DNA of 64,000 nt from Tubulanus polymorphus (GCF_964204645.1 NC_134029.1:16300950-16364949), one strand, 5' to 3'; counted from the first letter of the stretch, positions 1 through 12,864 are shown. Program-made: numbers and translations. Notes: a model not told the origin generated them from the sequence alone.

Positions 1-1702
1 ATCCTACCAAAATTATCCTCGGAACTCTCAGCATTATTTCAAGGGTCGGTCTTAGAAAATATACGAAGGACGTGTTCACAGGTTAACGAGGCCAAAAATC
101 TTCCCCAAAATTTCAAATTTTTACAAGCAAAGATAATATACTTCATGCTTTTGGTGCAGAAAAAAATACATGTCCACAAAATGCAAATTGTGTTTTCAAA
201 GTAAACGATTGAGTGTGGAATTGTTTCGAATTCAAGGTTTTCCCATTAACACTCCGGTTTTTTCAATAAGATAAGTCAAACTATTGTTGTGATGGCCAGT
301 TGAATACTTCATCATTATATTGAAAGATATGTTATACTTAATGCATATTTTCTTAGGACTTACAGCTTTCTCTATTGGTTAGCGTTGTGATCACTCAAAA
401 TTAACCATAAGTTTGAATTCTCACTGATCTACTACATCTCTATAACAAAAATATATTTCATATCAGGCAATTAGCTTTGATCTGTGGTCAGTGGACAGCA
501 GCTACGAAACATTTAAAACTACTACATTATCATTCCATCTATTCATGTATATATAATATGATATGATATCTTCTTTGTTCAGTTTAAAAGTCTTGATCGT
601 AAAAGTTTGACAAGTCTCGCATGTTGGTACCGATACGCACGTTCACGCGAGTGAAATGTGCACGTTACAGGCTCAAATGCGCACGTTACAATTACAAATG
701 GAAACGTTGTTCGTTCAAAACCCTACGTAAAAATCGTATGCATTTTAGCGGAATTTCAAAGTTAGCTCGCTACCTACAACAAAAATCGGACAAGACTTTT
801 TCAAGCGACAAATTTAAATGTAAGAGCTAGTAGTACCAACGAAGGATTCACTAAACATATAAATTACTTATGGGGGTTCTGGTTAGCACCGGTAACTGGT
901 CAGTACTGGTCAAGCATTGGTCAGTTAAACAATTTTTAGATTAATGCCCACATCATATCTAGTTATTTGACACCAAACAACTTAATTGTTTGCAAACAAA
1001 TAATTTACTATATGGTCAGTACTGGTCATGCATTGGTCAGTTAAAATACCATGGTCCACGCCACATTTGTTACCAAACATGATTGGATTGTGTCGTTTCG
1101 AAAATTAATCTGTTGGGCAATTTGTGGTCAGCCCTGGTTCGTTAGGTTCTTATTTTGCGGGCATTTTATCTCGAACCACCGAAAGACCGAATCACTAATT
1201 AATTCACCAGATCGTTAATTGCTGAAAATGAAGATTAGTGTTTAACTAATAGTCCTTGTCTGAACAAAATGTCTCTGGTATGGGTCCTATGGAATCATGT
1301 CCTTAACTGTACACCGTACTGTATCTTTGTACTGTATCTTTTTATGTTCACTACTACCGTAATTGACTATGATGTTTTCAAGTGGTCTTAAGTACCGCTA
1401 ATAGCCGAAAGTCGTTGATTTATGTGAAATTTACATACAGCGCCACCCGTTAATAGTAAAACTAACCCGAGCAATACGGGTGTTAAATAGATACGCTAGC
1501 AAACCGGCATTCTCATAATGTGTGCGCCGAATTCATGACAACCTCGTGTTCGAACTAACGGCCCGGCGCACGCAGTTCTAAACAAAGTATTAAATCGCAC
1601 CCCGCATTGGACGCTGACTAGAGCATGCGCAGAAGAAATATGCTGTGGCGGATAGAAAACAACGCGCTCCGTTTCGCGGATTACCGCAATTTGGTTGATG
1701 TT

Positions 1703-1782
1703 AGTAATTGGAAAAGTAGGCGTTCATACCAGAGGACGAGAGGACGAGACACCACTCATCACCACAAGTAATTTTTTTTCCT
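1703..1782 (+). repeat. Left terminal inverted repeat of Polinton 1
   Basis: AGTAATTGGAAAAGTAGGCGTTCATACC...CAAGTAATTTTTTTTCCT is the reverse complement of 21498-21577 with one mismatch (GGCGTTC vs GGCTTTC). Confidence 0.97.
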
Positions 1783-1787
1783 AATAA

Positions 1788-4700
1788 CTGGGAGAGAATG
1801 AACACCAGCCAGAACATAATAATGTTAATAAAAATCAATATTATTGCCAATATTGTAAAAAATACGTCGATACATCTAATAAAACACGACATGAAAAAAC
1901 TGTAAATCATATAAAAAATGTAATAGATTTTGAAACTCCAGAAAATTCCAATGAAAGAAAAGAAAGATTAGAAAATATGAATGTGGATGAAATAAAATGT
2001 GAAGTTTGTAATGAATTTATAGTAAAAAGGAATTATAATAGACATCTCGAATCACAAAAACATTATAAAAACTTAAATAAAAATGTTTTAGGATCAGAAT
2101 ATTTTGATGATAAACCTCAAAAAGTAAAAAAACCAACTTCAAAAACTAAATCCATTTCAAATAAACCTTACATGGAAAATGTTAGAAATTATATTGATTC
2201 ACTAGAAATAAAAGATACAATTGAAATTTTAGAAACATTACATAGTAAAATTGGTCCTGCAGCTATTATATTTAGATTTTTTAAAGGTACAACAATAGAA
2301 GATTATAGTACATTTAATGAAATAATAGAAAAAATACTAGATTTGATAACAGATGTTGAATATCCAAAAATTAGTATCTCTGGGAAAGTAAGTTTTATAA
2401 AGTCAGAAGAAAAAATGAATTATAATATTCAAACACACTCTGAAGAAATAATTTCAAAAACACAAATAAAAGAGAAGTTAGAAAAAATATTTAATGAATT
2501 TAAACGTCATATTGAAGAAAGATATTTTGAGGGTTCTGGCTTAACATTGAATGAAATTATATATTTAGATTTAAATGTTTATAATACAAAAAGAAATAAA
2601 ACATCAAAAAGTAATAAAATGTTTAAAAATGATTCAAACTTTATAACAGAAAAGGATATTAAAGCATCATCTTATATTAAATTACCATTTACAACAAAAG
2701 CAGTAATAAATATTCAAAATGAAGATAATAAATGTTTTCTATGGTCAATTATTAGTTGCTTACATCCAACAGAAGATATGACGCATAGTTTTAGAATAAC
2801 AAATTACCGGAAATGTGAAACATTATATAAAATTGATCAATATCCAGTAACTATAAAAATGATTCCTAAAATAGAAAAAGTTAATAATTTAAAAATAAAT
2901 GTATTTGAATTAATGCAATTACCAAAGACAAAAGGTGAAAATATTTAAGATTATACATTGGAAGCTTTATATTTAACAGAATATTATGATGATGAAAATG
3001 CTATAGATTTGTTATATTATAAAAAAGATGAAAATGAACATTATATGTGGTTAAAACAAATTGATTTATTCTTTAGAACAGAAAGTGATCACCATAATAA
3101 AATTTATCTATGTAGAAAATGTTTATCTAAATTTATGACTGAGAATACATTATTAAAACATAAAGAATTATGTGATAATAAAGATTTTTGTAAATTAATA
3201 ATGCCAACAAAAAAAGATTGTAAGTTGAAATTTACTAATCATAAATTTAAGAATATTGTTCCATTTGTAATTTATGGGGATTTTGAATCGTTGAATAAAG
3301 AATTAACTGATCAAGATAGAAAAGAAATATATAACAAAAAGCAATTATTAAAATCAATGGATAAAGGAAATGAATTAAATGAAGATATAATTCAAGACCC
3401 ACCAATTATAAATACAATTAAAAAAGTTCATCAAAGAGCTGCTGCTTATGGAATTTACATAAAATCAAATTATCCTGAATTATATGAAAGTCAATATATT
3501 TCTTTTAGAGGTGAAAATGTAGGTAATGATTTTTGTGACAAAATGATTGAATTAGAAAGTGATTTTGCAAAATTATAAACAAAAATAAAAGAATAGTTAT
3601 GACAAAAGAAGATGAAATTGATTTTAATTATGCAACTCATTGTTGTTATTGTGAAAAACGTTTTTATTCATTTGATAAAAAAGTTAGAGATCACGATCAT
3701 TTAAATTCAAAATATCGTGGAGCTGCTCATGAAGATTGCAATTTACAAGCTAAAAAAGTAAATTTCGTTCCAATATTATTTCATAATTTATCCGGCTATA
3801 ATACCCATCTATTTATAAAACAATTATCAAAGAAATTGGGTACAATTAATCAAGAAATAGAAGAACATAATGCTATGAATGAAGCAAATGTAAGAAAATA
3901 TGATTTTAAACTATTAGCTAAAACATCTGAAAATTATATTTCATTTCAATTTGGTTGCATTAGATTTTTAGATTCTTATAGATTTCTAGCAAGTTCATTA
4001 GATAATTTATCAAAAAGTTTAGTTGATAATGATTTTATAATAACACGATATTATTATCCAAATGAACAAGATTTTAAATTATTGAGATATAAAGGCGCAA
4101 TTCCTTATTCATTTTATAAAACACATGATGATTTTAATGTAACAGAATTATTAAAAGATCAATTTTATGATCAATTAAAAGAGGAGTATGTAAAAGACGA
4201 AGTGTTTAATAGAACATTAAATATTTGGAATCATTTTAAGATGAAAAATCATGGTGAATTAGTTGATTTATATCTAAAATCAGATGTTAAGATTTTGGCT
4301 GACATATTTGAAAAATTTAGAGAAGTTAATTTGAATCATTTTAATGTTGATCCTTGTTATTGCTACTCTAGTCCTGGTTTAACCTGGCAATGTGGTTTAA
4401 AATATACAAATGTAGAATTAGATTTATTAAAAGAACCAGATATGGTTTTATTATTTGAAAAATCAATTAGAGGTGGAATTAGTGGTGTTATGGGAGATAG
4501 ATATTTTAAAGCAAATGATGAATATAAATTACTATATATAGACGTCAATAATTTATATGGTTGGGCAATGATGCAACCTCAACCATATAAAAATTTTATA
4601 TTAACAGAAGTTGAAAATGATGATAAAACTAATTGGGAAAGCGCAATTATGAGTTTAGAAGATGAAGCACCAATTGGTTATTTCTTTGTAGTTGATTTAG

Positions 4701-6535
4701 AATATCCTGAAAATATAAAGTTTAAAACAAGAAACTTACCTTATTGCTCAGAACATTTAACTGTAGATGATAGTTATTCAAGTGAATACCAGAAGAAAAT
4801 AAAACCGAAAGATCAGGTTTTTACAGAAAAATTAATACTTACTCAAAATAATAAATACAATTATATTGTTCATTATAGAATGTTAAAATTTTATCTAAAA
4901 CAAGGAATGAAATTAAAGAAAGTACATAGATATATTGAATTTAATCAATCGAAGTGGTTAGAAAAATATATAGATTTTAATACTCAACAGAGAACCATAT
5001 CAAAAACAGATTTTGAAAAAGATTTCTTCAAATTAATGAATAATAGTTTTTATGGTAAAACATGTGAAAATATTAGAAATAGAAATGATATTGAATTAGT
5101 AAATAATTCTGAAAGATTAAGACATTTACAATCAAGTCCTAGACATTTAGGAAATAAAAGATTTGAAGATTATTTAACAGCAGTTAAATTAAAAAGAACT
5201 TCAATGAAATTTAATAAACCAATATTTATAGGTTCAACTGTTTTAGAAATATCAAAATTATTAATGTATGATTTTTATTATAATGTTTTACAACCACTTT
5301 TTGGGGAAAAGCATATTGAAATATTATATTTTGATTCTGTAACAGCTGACACCCCAATATTATTAAAATGTAATAATAAGATATTGGTAAGAAGAATTTC
5401 AGAAATAATTCCAAAACAAAATGAATGTTATATTTCATATGGTGAAAAAGAATTAATACAAATAAATGGATTAATGGATGTTTGGACAAGAAATGGATGG
5501 AAAAAATTAAAGAATATTATTAGGCATAAAACAAATAAGAAAATCTATAGAGTTAGAACTAAATTAGGATTTGTAGATGTTACAGAAGATCATAGTTTAA
5601 TTAAACGAAATGGTGATGAAATAAAACCAACTGATATAAAAATTGGAGATGAATTATTACATAAAAGATTTTTCCAAAGAATGAATCATATGTCATTTGA
5701 TGAAATTATTGATAATATTTATAATATAGAACCCGAAACATTAGAAGAAAAAGAATATTTTATCAAAGGATTTTTCATGGGCGATGGTTCAGCAGGTGTG
5801 TATAATTATGTTTGGGGTAATAAATATTTTTGGTATTTATGCAATCAAGACTTAAAATTATTAGAAAGAACAAAGAAATTCTGTGAAGAAGTTTATCCAA
5901 ATAAAACATTTAAAATCATGGATGTTATGAAATCATCAGCAGTTTATAGAATACTTGTGAATAATCCTAAAGATTTTGCTATAAAATATAATGATGAATT
6001 CTATATTCATGCAATAGTAAAAAGTAATACTTCAACTAAAGAAAAGATAGTACCAGATTATGTATTAAATGCAAAAAATAATTTAAGAAAATGGTTAAAA
6101 ATCAAGACAAATGACATAACAAAAGACTTAAAAACATTAAAACATCATTTTGATTTTAGCAATTATCCCAAAGATCATGAACTATTTAGCAATGATAATA
6201 AAAAGATTCCTGGTAAATTTAAAGATGAATTAGGGGGTGATGAAATGATTGAATTTGTTGGGATAAGAAGTAAAATGTATAGTTACAGAACAAAAGATCA
6301 TGAAGCTAAAAAGTTAAAAGGAATAACAAAACATGTGGTTGATAAACATATAGAATTTCAAGATTATATAAAGTGTTTATATAAATCAATTGTAATGAAA
6401 CACAAAATGAATTGTTTAAGATCAGAAGATCATGAGATGTACATTAATGAAGTTGAAAAAACTAGTTGAAATCCATTTGATGATAAAAGGCATATTTTAG
6501 ATGATGGTATAAAAACATTACCTTATGGTTATTAA
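1788..6535 (+). pseudogene. polB: Protein-primed family B DNA polymerase (pPolB) with N-terminal Zn fingers, OTU-like region and endonuclease VII-like insert; disrupted
   Basis: ORFs 1977-2948, 2958-3578 and 3599-6469 join into one gene. Motifs: CxxC..H..H fingers, NEDNKCFLWSI, ExoI YGDFES, CCYC..VRDHDHL..YRGAAH..CNL (EndoVII-like), FHNLSGY, RFLDS, YLKSDV, SIRGG, motif A YIDVNNLYG, motif B KLMNNSFYGK, GKFKDE, C-terminal NPFDDKR..TLPYGY. Lesions: probable start TAAATG>TAACTG at 1788 (in frame, adds one finger), stop at 2946, frameshift near 3580, loss of TDS, stop at 6467. Confidence 0.95.
5336..6094 (+). mobile_element. Intein with LAGLIDADG homing endonuclease in pPolB motif C; C-terminal part deleted
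   Basis: After ILYFD the protein reads SVTADTPILLK (block A), then VWTRNGW, RVRTKLGFVDVTEDHSL (block B, TxxH), IKPTDIKIGDELL, FIKGFFMGDGSA (LAGLIDADG block C) and KIVPDYVLNA..LRKW. It then jumps to extein KIKTNDITKDL. The second LAGLIDADG motif, the terminal HN and the extein TDS are all absent. Confidence 0.9.
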
Positions 6536-7664
6536 AACATAAAATCAATATCATCATAATCGAAATCACTATTGGCTTCTTCATTTTCATTTAATTGTTC
6601 AGGTTCTTCTTCCATTCCATTTTTCTCATTTAAATAAAGTTCTATCTTGTTCCACATTTCATCTCGCTCTCTTTGTTTCTTTTTGTTTGTTAATTCATCA
6701 AATGGAATTATAATATCTATGTTTAAATAATTTACAATCTTATTTAAAAAGAATTCATAATTTATTGAATCTGTTATTCTATTATTCAAATGATACATTA
6801 ATATTTGTTTGAATATTTTTTTTATATTTTTCATATCTTCTTCTGTTAATTCAGGTTTTTCATAATAATCGTTAAATAATAAATATAAATACATTTTCTT
6901 TTGTTTTGTGTTAAATGTTGATGGAATAATTGTTTTTATAATGTCTTTTTTAGTTATTTCACCATTTTTATATTCTATTATTTTCATTTTTTCAAGCCAT
7001 TGCATATATTCTGGTGTATGATCTTCTATAGAAACTATTTTAAAAATTTCATCAAGATAATTAGGGTTTTCTGTTTCTTCACAGAAAACCCTATTGAAAT
7101 TCGCGTGATTATTATTATTTTTTTTTCCCCTTTTCCACATAGTTTTTGTTAAAAGTGTAAAAGCTTCCTTACCTTACCGCTGTCGCCGATACAATCCGTA
7201 TGATGTCCTTCAGCTCACTTCAATCTCCAGATACTGCATGGGAATTTTGATAAATCCACGTTATAAAGGCACTGTCGAGCCGTAAACATCGGAAATTTGG
7301 CTCGATTCAATTAGTAGCCATGTTGTGTTTTCTTACCGATATTTCTCTCTTCTTTTCGAGGAAGAGCTATCGAATTATTCCCTCTCTTCTCCACAATCAA
7401 TTTCAAAGTCAATTTTATGAATTTATTGCTCAGCGGGTCCGAGTCCAAGAGTTTACGAGTCCGGCGTTCGCGTGTCTGACAGGTTTACGGGCATTTGTTT
7501 GTTACCTCTTTAATATTTTTGATTTCTTGTTATTCCGGTTATTTTATTTAAGTATATTGCTGATCAGTTCATGTAACCAAAAGCGTCAATAAACAGACTT
7601 TGAATTGATCAAGTTTAAATCAAGGTCGTTGAGTCGCGGAAGGCTACTAGAATTACGTTCGTCT

Positions 7665-8165
7665 TCGTCTGGCATCAGACCACAATTAGGTTAGTAGCTC
7701 GAAGATGCGTAGGGCCGGACCGGACCCCAAAAATAGTACCTAGAGTGAAGAAGAGGTCCCCCATAAATGTTGCCATAATTTCTGCAAATGGGATAGGTAA
7801 CGAATTTCGGTTATATGTATGAAATCCATTGATCCTGAGAGACAGATCGATGATGAAATAAGGGATTCCCTGGACTTTTTTTGCTTGGAGTAAGGGTACC
7901 AAACACGGTGGGGATTCCCTTAGATATTTGGCTCGGATGTACTGGCATACCTGTACTGGGATACCCCTCCTTTCTAAAGGTTTGATTATTTCAAAAGTTA
8001 GGTTGGGTATGTGGGGCGAAAACCACTTCAATGCGTAGCTAAGATGCTGGCCTATGAGCCATAAGCAGGATTTCCCCTGAATTTACGCGCTTATATATGA
8101 ACTAAACTCTCGAATTTCTTGTTTTTACTATAGGATATAGAAGATTTTGGAATAGTGGTCTGAGC
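7665..8165. mobile_element. ~500-bp insertion with subterminal inverted repeat (TCAGACCAC/GTGGTCTGA)
   Basis: Absent from the second family A copy, which reads GTTCGTCTCAG. Flanked by TCGTCT direct repeats. Confidence 0.55.
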
Positions 8166-8382
8166 TCGTCTCAGAGAGAAAACAAACGACAGAAAAGTAT
8201 CAGGTGATTATCGATAGCCTACAACGGTACACACAGTTGACAAACAGTGTTAGGCCTGTGCCGGTTGGTGCGTACTGGGACTAAATATACTGGTTGGTCA
8301 GTTGGTTCGGTTGTGAAGTGTGGAAGCTAAGATTATAAGAAAGCCTACCGGTATTTATTTGTCTATAGGCCTATTATATAGA

Positions 8383-8720
8383 AGCCAATACCATTTTAAG
8401 TACGTAGTTGTTAACCGCACGTGACTGTACGGTGATCTCCACAGGTTAACCGCGTACGTGAGGTCCCTACTAAGTCTATAATGCCAATCGTGAGTTCCTA
8501 GTAGCCAATACCATTTTAAGTACGAAACTGTAACGCGTACGTGACTGTACGGTGATATCCACAGGTTAACCGTACGTGAGTTCCCTACTTACGCCGTACG
8601 TGAGTTCCTAGTAGCCAATACCATTTTAAGTACGAAATTGTAACGTGTACGTGACTGTACGGTGATATCCACAGGTTAACCGTACGTGAGTTCCCTAAAA
8701 ACGCTGTACGTGAGTTCCTA
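8383..8720 (+). repeat. Three ~110-120-bp tandem units inside HINE-A copy 1
   Basis: AGCCAATACCATTTTAAGTACG..GTGACTGTACGGTGA..CCACAGGTTAACC recurs at about 8383, 8503 and 8613. The inverted copy has only one unit. Confidence 0.85.
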
Positions 8721-9463
8721 TAATCTGCAAACGCGCATGCGTAAAAGAATAGAGTTTGGGTTAGGTGAGGCTAGGCTATTTGTAAATCAAATTTCATCCA
8801 CCCACCAGTTACGTTCTGTGGCACAGTGGGTAAATCACTGGACTACTACTGGATTTTTTTTTCGTTTTGTTTTGAATCCCAATATTGCAAGTCTGAGCGT
8901 CAACGTACTCACATATGGCTAACCTGTAGAAATCACCGTACAGTCACGTAGGCCTACAGGTAACAACAGCGTTTTAAGTATTAAGTGAGTACGACAAGCC
9001 TACCATGCCTATGTACTACAAACACAACTTTTTCCCTCTCGTCGGCCCTACAGTGATGTTACTATAACTGGTGCCATTATAATTTAATATAAGATATCTC
9101 TCTTCGACCGATCTTGTACCATAGAAGATCTGATTCTTTCAACTCAAGGAAAGTGATTCAACACGATCGACATAACACTGCAGTAACTAACCGTTCATTT
9201 CATTTAGTCCTATGTACTTTTTAGCCAATTTGGATTTGATTGTAATTGAAACTCTGGAACTGTTAACAAAAGACAAGTAAGACAAGTTGAAAAAACACAA
9301 GTTATGCTTGATTCTCATGTTCAAATTTAATTCAAATTTATTTTATTACATCATATTTACAAAGCATATCATTGGTTCATACAGTAATAAAAATTAGGGC
9401 AGAACAAATATTATTACAGAAACTCCAAAAAGGCAATGAATTTCTATGACTAAATGAACATTA

Positions 9464-10023
9464 TTTTTAGCCCACTTGGGACTTTAGTCCCAGCGGGCTA
9501 TTGCGTTCACTTTTCGTCCGTCGTCCGTCCGTAGACGGAAATCAGTTATTTTAGGAAGTTTTGAAGACGCTTCAATGTAATGTCTTGATATTTGGGTTTC
9601 ACATGTATCTACCCTAGACACATCTTCAGCTCAAAAACTGGCCCTGTCAGAATCAAGATGGCCGACTGGCAGCCATTGTTGTTCGCCAAAATCAACACTT
9701 TTTACACATTTTTGAACTTTTTGAGGGAAATTTTGAAGATGCTTTGATCAATAACCTTGATCTTTCCGATATATGTGAATGCCCCTGGGCCCATCAGCAT
9801 AACAAAAATTGGGATACGGACTCAAGATGGCCGTCCTATGACCTTTTTTAGTGCCCAAAAATGTCAATTTTGGCCCGAATTCTGAGTTTGCCATTTCTCA
9901 TTGCAATTTGTGATGGGTATTCTTTGAAAAGGGATGTTTTATACCTTTGATACCTGAATTGTTAGATTGTTGAGCATTCGGAACCACTTCCCAAGTGGGC
10001 ATGGTGTCCCTGGACCCCTAGTT
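9464..10023 (+). mobile_element. HINE-type element, family B (short form), nested in family A
   Basis: 5' TTTTTAGCCCACTTGGGACTTTAGTCCCAG hairpin, (GTCC)n microsatellite, 3' subTIR CCCAAGTGGGC, hairpin GTCC-CT-GGAC, end CTAGTT. Confidence 0.8.
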
Positions 10024-11485
10024 CTAATAACTCAGATCAAGAGTGACTCTCCAGTTTATTAGGAAACACACGCAACTAATGGAATAGGTTTGATTTACAC
10101 ACATGTTGCAGGTATCAATTGTTTATCACTGTAGAATTTGTAATCCATAAAAGCCAAAATCAACATCAGCCGGAAACCCAGACCAAATAAATTCATAATT
10201 TATTGATTGAATCTACACTACAATATATGTATTTATTCAAATATTTCAATAAAAACATTAACTTCTTAAATCTAATCTATTCTAAATCATAATACGTTCT
10301 TATCTGTGAATTCACTCAATCTATCGGCTCAGCAGGTGCTTAAGATGAGTTCTTAATAGGACAGATCCATTTTTAAGGATGGTGATAATACAGTATCATG
10401 ATGTTTGAATGCCAAAATAAGTGCCTGGTCAAATATATTAATATTTGTGATTGTACGTCCACGTATGTTCGGTTTCAAAGCTGAATCATATTTGACGTTT
10501 ACACAGTGGTTGCATATTAGGTTCGAATCTGTCAATGCATTTTATTCTATGTTTCGATATTTCAATTTACTACAATTCCCATCATTCTGAATGGCTTTAC
10601 AGAAAACCCGTCATCGCTGCTTTGCAGCTATATTTTAATTTTGGATCTATGAGAAAATTTCTAGTTTTTTCACCCAATAAATTCTTTTGCCATCCACATT
10701 CATTACAAAATAACACAGTACCATCTTGCCTTATGGTCGCGTAACTACATTGTGGACATTTTTGTTTATAATTTATTGGTAATAGATCTTCATTAAGCTC
10801 TTGGTATTTTCTTACGTTTTCTTTATGTTTTATTGTTCTATTATGTAGATTTGAATTACTTGTTGTAATAATCAATTTACAATATTTACAATAATATGTT
10901 TTTCTTGTTAATTCATTATATTGTTTTTCTAACTTTTCAACTGTTTCTTTATTATCTGGTAACGTTTTCTCATATTTTATTTTTTCTAATAAATTATCTT
11001 TTCTTTCATTGAATTCAGTTTCAAATTTATTAGAAATTTTATCTATATGTGCTTTACGAAATTGATGATTCTCCCAATCTTCTATATTTTCAGGGCTATA
11101 TTTTATTCGACAAGGCTCACAGAAATGATCTTTTATATTATCCTTGTCATAGAATAAGAAAGGTCTTTTCCAAATAACTTCAGGTTCAACTTCAACAGAA
11201 TTACTATTACTTTCATTACTATCAACATTAGCCGTCGTGCCATTAATTTTACACTTCTCTGAATGTTTTTAACATAATTTCTTGAGAATAATTTATTACA
11301 TTTTGGGCAGTTTATTTTAGGGGGTTTATAATTTTCATCATGTTTTTTCGTATGTCGAGCCATATTACTTTTTCTTAGTAGTTCACCACAAATTTCACAT
11401 GCTATCTTCTCATCCATTTATTTAGGAAAAATTTTGTTAAAATTAATTTTTAGTGATGAGCGGTAATTTTTTTATGTTATGAATA

Positions 11486-12270
11486 TTGGTAGAATTAAAA
11501 GAATACAGAATATTTGTTGATTCAAGAAGACTTACAAATTATAAATCACATAATTTATTAGTTCAATTAGATAGAGAATTTAAGAATTGTGTAGATTTAA
11601 AATTAGTTAATATAAGTTTATGTAACTCTTTTTACAATATATCAGATAAAACTGATGAACATAGAAGCCTTTTTATTTTTGATAAGGATAAAAGAAAAGA
11701 TTTTCAACTTATGATTACACCAGGATTATATGATTTAGAAACATTAGAGCAAGAAATTAATAGAAAAGCTCGCATTAGATTAGGTAGTGATTCTAAATTT
11801 AATATTAAATTCATAAAAAGTGAGAGCTCTAATAAAATTAAAATAAAGTTTGATAATGATTATTATAAATTTCATCAACATACAATAGAAAGATATCTTT
11901 ACATGGTAAAAAAACCTATAGCTAAACTGTTAGGAATTCCTCCAGATAAAGATATTAGAGAAAACATATACGGTAGATCAAACTTAATACCTTTTACACA
12001 TTTTTATATTTATTGCAATTTAATTGACCCAACAAAAACATTTGAAGCAACTAAAGATATAACTTGTAATTCTAGTATATTAAACATTTTACCATTGAAG
12101 AATGTTAAACAATTTGGAACGCAAATAAATTATAATTTAGCTGAATGTGATTTCAAACCTTGTATTCCACATTTTAATAATTTTAAATTTTAAAGAAATC
12201 ATAATGGTTATTTAATTGATTTGAATAACTTTCCTGTGATATATGAATTAATTATAAGATGTAAAGAGTA
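11486..12270 (+). pseudogene. Minor capsid protein (penton-like), premature stop at 12191
   Basis: IFVDS, NSFYNIS, ITPGLYDLETL, IAKLLG, YIYCNLI, ILNILP, and after the stop NGYLIDLNNFPVIYELII. This motif series is typical of Polinton minor capsid proteins. End coordinate approximate. Confidence 0.75.
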
Positions 12271-12287
12271 TTTTTTTCATTATATAA

Positions 12288-12642
12288 ATGGATATAACTG
12301 TTGGACCGAGTATATGTTTTGGATTTAATTTTAAACGTGAGAAAGAAATGAAATTTAACATTAATGATGTAATTACACAAATCAAAAATTGTATTGTATT
12401 ATATCATTGTATTTTTTAATGAAACAACAATAGATAAAGAAACTTTTAATGTAGAAAAGATTACTAATTTAATTAGAGAATCTTTAAGATTTTATGAATT
12501 AGATGAAGATTTTATCATCGATGATATTAAAAAAATAATAATTGAAATATATACAAATGAAACTAGTAATGAAATAAATGTTGAATTAATCATCACTAAA
12601 ATAACTAAATATTTTGAAGATAGTAATTTTTTTGATAAATAA
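12288..12642 (+). pseudogene. Polinton hypothetical protein (frameshifted)
   Basis: TATAAATG start at 12288. Shifts into ORF 12394-12642 around the T-run near 12415. Confidence 0.5.
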
Positions 12643-12864
12643 ATGAGTGATAATAAGTGGATAATAACTGGATTATATAATGGCGCCTTACTATCAGTTG
12701 GAACTGTTGGTTATTCAATGGTATTAAAAAAAGTATTCAAAATGGGAAGTGTTAATGTTGATAGATTTGATATAAATGATATCTTAAAATTAACGTTAGC
12801 AGTAACTTTATCTAATTTAACAATTGATTATTTGGAAAAACAAAAATATATTCCTCCCATATAA
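12643..12864 (+). CDS. Small hydrophobic Polinton protein (73 aa)
   Basis: TAAATG start, two hydrophobic helices, compact viral gene cluster. Confidence 0.7.
   Translation: MSDNKWIITGLYNGALLSVGTVGYSMVLKKVFKMGSVNVDRFDINDILKLTLAVTLSNLTIDYLEKQKYIPPI

Larger units (their letters stand above)
7062..10634 (+). mobile_element. Non-autonomous Helentron-like (HINE-type) element, family A, nested in the Polinton
   Basis: 5' hairpin TAGGGTTTTCTGT-TTCTTC-ACAGAAAACCCTA followed by (ATT)n. 3' subterminal ACAGAAAACCC, hairpin GCTGC-TTT-GCAGC, end TATATT. Inserted in a T-run with no clear TSD. Inverted near-copy at 26620-30012. Confidence 0.8.
6532..11417 (-). pseudogene. Multi-zinc-finger protein with VLTF3-like (poxvirus late transcription factor 3) C-terminal domain, split by a nested element
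   Basis: Starts at TAAATG 11417 (CEIC..H..H, CPKC). One frameshift in the A-run near 11268. The frame is then open through FCEPC..H..H, YCKYC..H..H and CPQC..FCNECG. Removing 7062-10634 rejoins LIDPKL-NYLDEIF, continuing to PELTEEDMKNIKKIFKQI..SINYEFFLNKIV..KKKQRERDEMWNKI, stop at 6532. Confidence 0.72.

Noticed and set aside
1701-1910. 69-aa hydrophobic minus-strand ORF
   Set aside because: Antisense shadow of the pPolB N-terminal extension and the TIR.
7062-7140. N-terminus MWKRGKKNNNNH of ORF 6532-7140
   Set aside because: Derived from the inserted HINE head. The real upstream coding sequence lies beyond 10634.
7320-10590. ORFs 7320-7592, 10353-10535, 10405-10590 and their twins at 26664-29808
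   Set aside because: They recur only because the non-coding element is duplicated, and show no recognisable protein motifs.
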